Shown in pieces: positions 9,213-18,100 of a stretch of DNA of 52,081 nucleotides. Positions within the stretch are counted from its first letter, which is position 1. Every line of letters begins with the position of its first letter. Origin of the DNA: Akkermansia muciniphila. Lineage in GTDB: Bacteria > Verrucomicrobiota > Verrucomicrobiia > Chthoniobacterales > Chthoniobacteraceae. The translations under genes and the position numbers were made by a program. The stretch covers positions 1 through 52,081 of the forward strand of contig CAMCIN010000001.1 in the NCBI GenBank assembly GCA_945874745.1. The letters are read 5' to 3'. The notes beneath the pieces were generated by a model. It made no database searches, had not been told where the DNA came from, and saw only the letters and a program-made list of their open reading frames with translations.

Positions 9213-9743
9213 AGCTGGAACACGCGCTCCGTTGAACCAAAAACAGACTCAACCAAGGGCGCTCAAAATCCTTTGCCGCCCAAACAGGGCCGGGACAGAC
9301 GCCCTGGCCGGCTGCTTTTGCGAAGCCGCCCCCCGGCTGCTCTGCCGGCAGCCCAGGGCTTGGCCCTGGGGCGAACTTCAAACTCGTACCCCAAATCAGT
9401 TGAAGTTTCGCATAGCGAGAGTGGCGCTTTCGCTCCCGGAGGGAGCGGAGATAGTTAGCCGGGCGGCAGCGAGGCTTTGCGAGCGCCCCCGGTCCCTTCC
9501 AACGAGAGTGACGGCCCCGGCGGGGCCAGAGAACCAGGGTACGCGTACAGCGGGGCGGTCTTGCGCCCCTCCCGGGGCGGGCCGCTTTTTTCGGCCAGAC
9601 CGGTGGCGGCGCTCGCGGGGCTCGCTTGCCGACCGGCTAGCTATCTGCGGGCCCGCAGGGCCCGGCAGGCAGAAGGCCGAGCCGAGCAGGGACGGGCCGG
9701 TTTTTCAGAGAAAGGGATCCAACCTTTTGACTGACTTGGGGTA
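9213..9743. other. 531-bp non-coding, GC-rich, hairpin-dense intergenic region between the ilvD 3' end and the rhomboid 5' end
   Basis: Hairpins occur at 9371-9411 (GCGAACTTCAA...TTGAAGTTTCGC) and 9431-9447 (CGCTCCC-gga-GGGAGCG). A perfect 14-nt palindrome CTGCGGGCCCGCAG lies at 9645-9658. A GC stem at 9552-9569 precedes T6 at 9586-9591, and T5 lies at 9701-9705. ORFs here are Pro/Arg/Gly-rich and not credible. Confidence 0.5.
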
Positions 9744-11555
9744 CTAGAGGTCGGTGACCGCGCCTAGGGAGGCGTTCGTTACCGTGCGTGCGTACTTGGC
9801 CAGCACGCCGCGGGTGTAACGCGGCTTGGGTGCCTTCCACTTGGCCCGGCGCTTTGCCAACTCCTCGGCATCCACCCCGAGGGTCAGCTGGCGAGAGGAG
9901 GCGTCAATGGTGATGAGGTCCCCGTTTTTGACGAGCGCGAGCGGGCCGCCCAGTGCTGCTTCAGGAGAGATGTGGCCGACCACAAACCCGTGGGAACCGC
10001 CGGAAAACCGGCCGTCGGTGATGAGAGCCACGTCCTTGCCCAGCCCCTTGCCCATGACCGCGCTGGTTGGCGAAAGCATCTCGCGCATTCCCGGACCGCC
10101 GACGGGTCCCTCGTGGCGGATGACGATCACGTGCCCCTTTTTGACGGTGCCGTCCAGGATGGCCTTGAGCGCCAGCTGTTCGTTTTCAAACACGATGGCC
10201 TTCCCGCTAAAAAGGAGTCCTTCCTTGCCGGAGATCTTTGCGACGGCGCCCTCTGGCGCGAGGTTTCCCTTCAGCACCACCAGGTGGCTCTCCGACTTAA
10301 TCGGGTTGGAGAAGGGCCGCACGATTTCCTGATTGCGGGGATAGGGGCGCACCTTTTTGAGGTTTTCAGCCAGCGTTTTGCCGGTAACGGTCAGGCAGTC
10401 GCCGTGGAGTAGTTTTTCATCCAGCAACATCTTCATCAAAGGGGTCTGGCCCCCGATGTCGATGAGTTCGCTCATGAGAAAGCGGCCGCTGGGTTTGAGG
10501 TCCGCAAGCACTGGGACGCGCTTGCCGATGCGCGTAAAGTCCTCCAGGTCGAGTTTGATCCCCGCGGAATGAGCCATCGCGAGCATGTGGAGCACGGCGT
10601 TGGTGGAACCGCCGAGGGCGATGACGACCGTGATGGCGTTTTCAAAGGCTTCGCGGCTGAGAATGTCCGAAGGCCGGATGCCGCGTTTAATGAGTTCGAC
10701 CACGGCGATGCCGGCGGCGCGGGCATCCTGCAACTTGGCCTGGGAGACGGCGTTCTGTGCGCTGGAGTTGGGCAGACTCATCCCGAGCGCCTCGATGGCG
10801 GAGGCCATGGTGTTTGCGGTGTACATCCCGCCGCAGGAGCCAGCCCCCGGGATGGACTGCTCTTCGATCAAGGTGAGCTCGCGTTCGTCAATGTGCCCGT
10901 TGGCCATCGAACCGACCGCCTCAAAGCAACTGACGATATCCAGCTTCTTGCCAGCAAGGGCCTCTGCGCGTTCCTTGCGAAGGCGCTTGGCGGCAAGTAC
11001 GCCCGTGATGCAGCCGGGCAAAATCGTGCCTCCGTACACAAACACTGAGGGTCGGTTCAACCGGGCCAAAGCGATGACGCACCCGGGCATGTTTTTATCG
11101 CATCCGCCGATCGCCACGACCCCGTCAAACCCCTGGCAGCCGACCACCGCTTCGATGGAGTCGGCGATGATTTCGCGCGACACCAGCGAGTACTTCATCC
11201 CCTCGGTCCCCATGGAGATCCCGTCGGAAATAGTCATGGTGTTAAAGATGAGCCCCTTGCCCCCACCGGTGTTGACTCCTGCCTCGGCCTGCCGCGCGAG
11301 GCCGTCAATGTGCATGTTACAGGGGGTGACCATGCTCCAAGTCGAAGCGATCCCGACCTGGTTCTTCTTAAAATCATCCCGCGTGAAACCCACGGCGTGG
11401 AGCATCGCCCGGCTCGCGGCCCGCTCCATCCCGTCCACCACCTCGGACGACCAGCGCCTGTGCAGGGAGGCCGGTGCAGACGGTGCAGACGGTGCAGTTT
11501 TCGGCTTCTTCTCCTTCTGAATTTTCTGCGTTTTGGAACCGGAAGATTTGCTCAT
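9744..11555 (-). CDS. ilvD: Dihydroxy-acid dehydratase
   Basis: 603 aa. IlvD/Edd motifs are present: RAMLHAVGF, TPCNMH, AIGGCDKNMPG, GAGSCGGMYTANTMASAIEALGMSLP and ITDGRFSGGSHG. A ~32-aa Lys/Ser/Pro-rich N-terminal extension precedes the conserved core. Confidence 0.95.
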   Translation of the reverse strand: MSKSSGSKTQKIQKEKKPKTAPSAPSAPASLHRRWSSEVVDGMERAASRAMLHAVGFTRDDFKKNQVGIASTWSMVTPCNMHIDGLARQAEAGVNTGGGKGLIFNTMTISDGISMGTEGMKYSLVSREIIADSIEAVVGCQGFDGVVAIGGCDKNMPGCVIALARLNRPSVFVYGGTILPGCITGVLAAKRLRKERAEALAGKKLDIVSCFEAVGSMANGHIDERELTLIEEQSIPGAGSCGGMYTANTMASAIEALGMSLPNSSAQNAVSQAKLQDARAAGIAVVELIKRGIRPSDILSREAFENAITVVIALGGSTNAVLHMLAMAHSAGIKLDLEDFTRIGKRVPVLADLKPSGRFLMSELIDIGGQTPLMKMLLDEKLLHGDCLTVTGKTLAENLKKVRPYPRNQEIVRPFSNPIKSESHLVVLKGNLAPEGAVAKISGKEGLLFSGKAIVFENEQLALKAILDGTVKKGHVIVIRHEGPVGGPGMREMLSPTSAVMGKGLGKDVALITDGRFSGGSHGFVVGHISPEAALGGPLALVKNGDLITIDASSRQLTLGVDAEELAKRRAKWKAPKPRYTRGVLAKYARTVTNASLGAVTDL

Positions 11556-11662
11556 ATGGGGGTGGATTTAGACCTCGACAATAGACCTGTCCTCCCGCAC
11601 ACGCAAGCATCCCCTGTGTACTCGACTTTCGGACTGCGCTGATCTTCTCTCAATTGAGCCTC

Positions 11663-11974
11663 ATGTTCTTCCTCGTTCTTTTTGTCGCCGCTGCCTTTTT
11701 GGCGGGCGCCTTTTTTCTCAGACGCTTGCTGCCCCAATACGCCACGGCAATACAGCGCTCGTGGCTGGTGCGCGTGAGCCTTTTTGCGTTTTGCGGGCTC
11801 CTCCTGCTGGGGCTGGTGTTGGTGCCGCTCCCCAACAAACACCGGTTGGTGGCTCTGGTGCCCATCTTCTTCCTGATCACAGCCTTCGTCCGAATCTTCA
11901 AATCTGGAAAGGCGCGCGTGCGTGCTGGGGAACATTCCGCGCCGGATGTGGAACGCATGAAGCGGATGAACTAA
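11663..11974 (+). CDS. Hypothetical small integral membrane protein (about 3 predicted TM helices)
   Basis: This is ORF 11654..11974. The sequence MFFLVLFVAAAFLAGAFFL...LFAFCGLLLLGLVLVPL...LVALVPIFFLITAFV has clear hydrophobic periodicity and a basic tail. I prefer the ATG at 11663 over the TTG at 11654. The competing antisense ORF 11552..12028 is Arg/His-rich and not protein-like. Confidence 0.5.
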   Translation: MFFLVLFVAAAFLAGAFFLRRLLPQYATAIQRSWLVRVSLFAFCGLLLLGLVLVPLPNKHRLVALVPIFFLITAFVRIFKSGKARVRAGEHSAPDVERMKRMN

Positions 11975-12003
11975 AAGCGGCGTCCGGTAGACCGGAAAGT
12001 GAG

Positions 12004-12076
12004 CCGCAGATGACGCAGATTTCCGCAAATGTTTTTACGCACTTCAGTCATCTACTGAATCTGCTGACATCTGCGG
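12004..12076. repeat. Imperfect inverted repeat (9-bp plus 7-bp helices) between the convergent small-membrane-protein gene and the giant gene; possible bidirectional terminator or binding site
   Basis: CCGCAGATGacGCAGATT (12004-12021) pairs with AATCTGCtgaCATCTGCGG (12058-12076). The 36-nt intervening segment contains TGTTTTT. This is the most AT-rich patch of the locus. Confidence 0.35.
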
Positions 12077-12112
12077 ATCACTGCCTGTTACCACCGGGCG
12101 CCCGCGTTCTGC

Positions 12113-15100
12113 CTACTCGCCCGGCGGCGCGGCGGCGGCGGCGGCCGAGAGGGCGGCCTGGAGCTGTGCCAAAACGGTTTCCCAGTCTTGCGTCGCACCG
12201 AGCGTCAGGGCCCGCTCGGTTGACCAGAGCAAGTCCACATCGAGTGAGCGCTCCACATCGTAGCCGCCGGAGAGGAGTTCGGGTGCTCCAAAGACGGACG
12301 CAGCTCCAGCAACTTCAACGGTGCCTCCCAACACAAAGTTACTCATCCGGGTGTCCTCCTTCGTCGCGATCACCGAGAACTCCAACTGCGCGTTGGTAGC
12401 CGCGTCGGTGACCTGCTGTTCGGCGGCGGTCCATTCGGGATTGGGCGTCTGCTGGTCCGCCCAGAGCCAGGCGGAACGGCCGGTGGTGACAGCCACGAGT
12501 TTACCGGCTTCCAACACCTGCTTGCGCTCGAGCACCCAAACCCCATTGACCGCACTGCCGGTGCCGGAGGGATCGAGACCCGTTGCATCAAAAATCCACC
12601 AAGGCGTAAACAGGGCAGCCGAGAGGGTGCCTTCGGAGCCCGTTGTCCCCGTCAGCGTCGAGGGCGTGGCACCCACGGCCTGAACCAACTTGGCGGAGGC
12701 CTCGACAAACACGGTGGGATCCGCGAGGTCCGAGACACGCACGGTGTAGGTGGCGAAATCCACGCTCGTGGCCGAAGCAATACGGAGCACTTCCCCTGTG
12801 CCAGTCGGGAGCTTTGTGGTGCCGCGGAACCATTCGTAGACGAGGGGCTTGGCGCTTGGGTACTTGACTGCCACCGCGAAGGAGACCTTCGCACCGAGGG
12901 GGACCGTCTGGGAGGCGAGCGACGCCCGCAGCTCAGGCACCACGCTCAAGGTCAGTGTGCCCAGGCCGGAGACCGGCGCCTGCACGCCGTCGGAAAGCTC
13001 GACGCTGTAGACGCCGACGTCCGTGGCGGTGACGGGATTGATGCTCAGCTGGGCCTTGGCTTCGCCCGCCAACAGGACGCGGGAAGTGCCGGCACCGCGG
13101 TACCACTGGTACTTCAGGGTCCGGTCGGTTTTCGCACCGCGCACCGCGGCGAGGAGGCTGACCCCCTGGCCCAGGGCAACGCGCTTTGGCACCTCTACTG
13201 AAACAGCCAGAAGCGCCTCAACCGAAAGCTGCGCGGGCTCGCTGAGGACGGCGCCGGCGGCGTTGGACACCTCGACCTGGTAGTTGCCTGCGTTTTCAAG
13301 TTTGAGCGGGCCGACGCCGAGCACGGCCTGGTTCGCACCTGCGACCAAGGTGCCGTCCTTGAACCACCGGTACTTGAGGGTGCCGCCACCGGTGGCGACC
13401 ACGGAGAACTGAGCAATCCCGCCTTCCAGCGCGGAAAGGTCTCTGGGGCTCTGCTGGATGTCCACCTTGGTGGCGACGGCGAGAGGCAGCCAGGCGCTGA
13501 GCACCGCTGCGTCCTCGGTGGGCTTCGCGGGGTCCTTGGTGGCAACCTCAACCTGGTACTCCCCGGCGTCCACGAGCCTCACCGCTTTGAGCAGGAGTAC
13601 GGCCGCGGTGGCGCCCTCTACATCCTCGGAGTTGACCAGTGTCGTGGCAGCAGCAGTTGGTGAAACGCGGTGGCGCCAGGTGTAGGAGAGGTAGGAGAGC
13701 GGCCTGGCGCTCACCGCCTTGGCTTCGAGTCGCAGACCATCCCCGACGGCTGCGGCTGGGGGCACCGAAACCGAAACCAGATGGGGATCCACCACCAGCG
13801 TAACCGGGGTGCTGTAGACAAAGTTGGCCTCGTTGGAAATGACCACTTCGTAAACACCCGCCAACGCATTGGCCGGTGCACCAAGGCTCAAGGAGTTGCT
13901 GGTCCCCGAGCTGATGGCGACGCCATCCTTGCGCCACTGGTAGGTGAGCACGCCGCTGCCTTCTGCGGTGACGGCGAGAGTGAGCGCCGGCCGGGCGGGC
14001 TGGCCGGGAACGGCCGGGGAAGCCACTCCGTTGGTCAGGCCCTCGATGCGCAGTTGCTCGGTGATCTTGAGATCGCCAAGCGGGGCGATGACAAGTTTGG
14101 CGGCCGCGCTGGTGGCCGAGGCGATCGAGTTGGAGGCAACCGCTTGGAAGGTGGCGCCGTTGAGCGGGCTGGCCGAGTCCAGCGAAGTGAAGGAGAGCAA
14201 GGGGCCGGTGGCCTGGCGGGTGGTGCCGGGCACGTAGAACGGCAGGAACTGGAGGGTACCGCCCGAGAGCGTGCCGATGAACCACTGATAAGACACATCA
14301 TCCCCCTCAGCCTCGACGCGGAAGCTGGCAGAACTGCCGTCGACCACCGTGAGAGAGGCCGGGTCCCGGGTGATCTTCGGTTTGAGGTTGACCGAGACAT
14401 TCACCGGGGAACTCACCGTCACCCCGTAGGCGTTGGAGATGAGCAGCTCGTAGCGGCCTGCATCCGCCTTGGTAGCGCTTGGGAACGCCAACTCGAAGCT
14501 CCTTGGGACGATCACGGTCTGGCCGGCGGTCGGCCGGGCCGCGGTGTTGGGCAGCAGGACGCCATCCTTGCGCCAGGAATAACTGACGGGCGCGGTGGCG
14601 TCCGCACGGACCGTGCCGCTGAGGACAAAGCTCCCGCCCTCGTTGGCCACGACCAGACCGTTGGCCGCCGAGACGACTGAACCGGAGACCTGGGGCTCTG
14701 CGGAGACGAACTGCGGCGGGGCGAAGACCGTGAGGCGGCCCAGCAGATAAGGCTCGGAAGTCTTGGTCTTGGAGGCGCCGGCCACGGAGAAGGCGTTGCG
14801 GAGTGTGACCCCGTAGAAGCCTCCAGAGTTTGCAGTCACAGGCCCGGTCACAAACGTGGCCGACTGGGCGGTGGGGCCGGGCAGTGCTTCCCAAGTCCCG
14901 GACAGGGTCGAGCGGTAGTGCCACTGGAATTCCGGTTCAAAGCCTGTGGCGGCCGCCGTAAAGGAGGTCTGCTCCCCAACGATCAGCGACCTGCTCTGGA
15001 GCTTGAGTCCTGCGACAACGGCGACCGGGTCGTTCACCACGAGGCGTACCGGGGCGCTTTCAGCAAAGCCGCCGACCTTCCCGGAAATGCGTACCTTGTA

Positions 15101-18100
15101 GTTGGCATCGTTGGTCTCCTGCACTCCCTTAAGATTGAGCGTGGAGGCGTTTTCTCCTGCCAACACCTTCCAGCCGCGGGTGCGGTTGTCCTGCACAAAC
15201 CATTGGAAGGGTTTACTCTCCAGCAGTGCCCCGGTCCACGAGGCAGTCAAGGTGACTTCGCCTCCGGGATTGACGGCGGTGGGACTGACCGTCACGCCCG
15301 TGGGGACCACCGGCCTGAGAACGGTTACGCGGGCGATCTCGGAGCTGATGGCCGCGGCGGAGTTGCGCACTTCGAGCCTGTAGTCCCCATCGTCTGCATC
15401 GGTGACACCAAGGACGTCGTAGGTGCTGGTGGTGGCCCCCGGCATCTGCAACCACTCGGTGGTGCCCGTCGGGCGGAAGAACCACTGGAAGCGGGTATCC
15501 CCGGTGACAAGGACGCCGGCACTCAAGGTTGCGGTTTCGCCGGGAAGGCGGACCTGGGATTCGGGCTGCTGCTTGGTGCCTGGGATGGCTCCGTCGAGGA
15601 AGACCGGGGCCGCCACGACCACGAGTTTCCAGGGGATAATGTCGAGGAGCTTGGTGCCGTCGGCCAGTGAGATAGTGGCCACGTATTCCCCCGCATCATT
15701 GGGAAGGACATTGCGCACCACGAGGGTCGCCGCGTCGGCGCCCTTGGAGGCGGCGGAGATTTCCTTGCCGTCGGTACGGCGCCAGGCGTAGCGGAAGCCG
15801 TCACCGATGGCGTAGGAGCGCAGGGTGACGGTGTCGCCTTCGTTGGCAAAGAGGGTCTGCTGGAGTTTGCGCTGGGCGATGTCGGCTTCCGTGGTGGGCA
15901 GCCCGATGGGATCGGCTGCGTTGACGAAGACGAGTGCGGGGATGCTCATGGTCGCTGCGTTGGCATCCGACACCACCACGTAATAGTAGCCGGTGTCTTC
16001 GGAGGCGACGTTGGCAAGGGCCAGCGTGTCCTGGGTGCCACCCGCGACCAGCGCGCCCGCCTTTGTGCCGTCGGTGCGGTACCAGGCGTAGGTCAGGCCC
16101 GTGGCAACGGGCGGTTTCATCGCGACCTTCAAGGTCACGGTCTGGCCGACGCGCACGGATTGGGCTGCGGGCTGCGTAAGGATCTCAGGGCCGCCATCGA
16201 CCTTTTTGAGTTCGAAATCCTTCACCGTCACGGGCTCTCCGCCCAGGGGTCCGATGATGCTGACCTGGTACTTGGCAAAGTCTCCAGCCCCAACGGGGGC
16301 TAGGGTGAGGGTGTCGCCCGTGGCTGCAAGCGGTTCCAGGCCGCTGAGGCCGACGCGACTCCAGCTGTACTGCAGCGGGCCGGTTCCTGCGGCGAGGACG
16401 CGGAAAACGGCGCGCCCACCAAGCGGCGCGCTCTGGCTGGCGGGCACTGCGAGAAGGCTGACCTTTTCAATGACCTGAACGCTGATTTTGCGCGAGAAGA
16501 CGCGCCCGATTTCAACGGCGCCCGAGGCGTCGAGATAGTTGCGCACCTCCAAGTCGAAGAGGCCCGTATCAAAGACGCTGAGCTTCGCACGGGAAAGTTC
16601 CGGCTTGGTCTCGCCGGCCAGGATCACCCCGTTTCTGCGCCACTGGTACTTGAGGACGCCGTCACCGCCTGCAGTCACGGCAAGATTGAACGTGCCGCCC
16701 TGGGCCAGTTTCAAGTCGCCCGGTTCGGTCACAATAAAGGCGGGCACGCTCACGGAAAGCGTGGTGATCTTGGACAGGACGCCGGCGGGATCCACCGGGT
16801 TGGCCACGCGCGCCTGATAGTCGCCGGAGTCGGCTGCTGCGACCCCGCGGATCCGGAGCACCGGGCCGTTTCCGCCTGGGATGGGCGCGCCGTAGCGCAG
16901 CCACTGGTAGTTGAGCGGCCCGGTCCCGGTGGCCTCGACACGGAATTCGACCGTGGCGCCCGGAGTGGCGGTCTGCACGGTGGCTTCCTTGGGAGAAACG
17001 AGGGTGACGGGCTTGTTGACGGTGACGCGAGAGAGCGTGCTGGTGAGGCGTCCGGCCGGGCCTGTGACGACCACCATGTAAACGCCTTCGTCAGAAACGG
17101 CGGCCTGCTCGAGGCGCAGCGTGCGGCCTGTTTTTCCGGCGAGGACTTGGGAGGCGCGGCCGATTCCCTTGACCCACTGGTAGGTGACGCCCTCGCTCAA
17201 ATTGGTGGCCACTGAGAGTTCGATGGGCTGGCGTGGGTTGACCGTCAACCGGGCTTGCGGCTGGGTGACGATGCGGAGTGCTTCGCGCACTTTCAACTCG
17301 ATGGTCTTGCTGGTGGCGCGCTCGCTGCCGTTGGACACCACCACATCGTACAAACCGGCGTTCTTAAGCTGGATGGAGGGGAGGTCCAACTGGGGCCTGA
17401 CCGCGCCGTAAATGTTTACGCCGTTCAACCGCCACTGGTAGCGGTAGGCGCCGCTCAGGTCGGAGGTGGGAGTCGCAAGGAACGACAGGCGTTCGCGCAA
17501 GTTCATGCTCACCACGCTCGCGCTCGGTGACAGTGTGATCTCGATGGGCAGCGTGACCTTGAGCGTCACCTGGGCCGTGCGCCCCGTCTCGGAGTTGTCG
17601 TCCTTGGCCAGAAGCTCGTACACGCCAGAATCAGAGACGGAAGCCGCGTCAATGGTCAGCACGCCCGTCACCGCATTCACGCTGCGGCCCGCTCCTGAAA
17701 CGGGCAGTTTTGTGCCATCCGGCTGAATCTTCGTCCAGCTGAGCACCAGGTTGGCTCCGCCCGAGACCACGGGCACTAGGAGCGCGCGCTGGCCGGGGCG
17801 GACCGTTTGCGGCGCCATGGGAGCGATGGTGGGCGGGGCAAGCAGCTTCAGCAGGGTGGCGGCTGAAATGACCCGTCCCTTCTCCTCGCCCTGAACCGTG
17901 GCACTAATGACCGCGTCGTAGATGCCTGCGTCGGAATCCACAATCTTGGCAATGGAGTAGGAGGAGGCGTTCGCCCCTGGGATGGCAACCCCGTTGCGGC
18001 GCCACTGGAAGGCGATGGTGTAGTCGTCGCTCGGCTCAACGTACTGGGAGAAGACGATGGACTCGCCCAGCTTGCGGACTTCGACGCCATCCTCGGGAGC

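Noticed and set aside
8119-9458. ORFs 8119..8823 (minus, 234 aa) and 8631..9458 (plus, 275 aa) overlapping the rhomboid gene.
   Set aside because: The 8289..9212 frame contains the rhomboid catalytic Ser/His motifs and TM helices. The others are Arg/Gly/Pro-rich shadows.
9213-9743. Possibility that the long intergenic region is RNase P RNA, tmRNA, SRP RNA or a tRNA.
   Set aside because: I could not find the universally conserved signature strings of these RNAs on either strand by eye. It is kept only as an unclassified structured region pending an Rfam scan.
10585-11520. Plus-strand ORF of 311 aa antisense to ilvD (and 9826..10332, 10569..11048).
   Set aside because: ilvD is unambiguous. 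The antisense translations lack any motif and are Ser/Pro/Ala-rich.
11552-12028. Minus-strand ORF of 158 aa overlapping the small membrane-protein gene.
   Set aside because: Its Arg/His/Gln/Glu-rich composition has no hydrophobic core or motifs. The plus-strand frame gives three clean TM segments. Neither is proven, and the plus-strand call is kept at moderate confidence only.
12116-12400. Expected PEP-CTERM, LPXTG or autotransporter beta-barrel at the C-terminus of the giant protein.
   Set aside because: The sequence ends ...AALSAAAAAAPPGE with no TM segment, basic tail, sorting motif or barrel-like pattern, so no such call is made.
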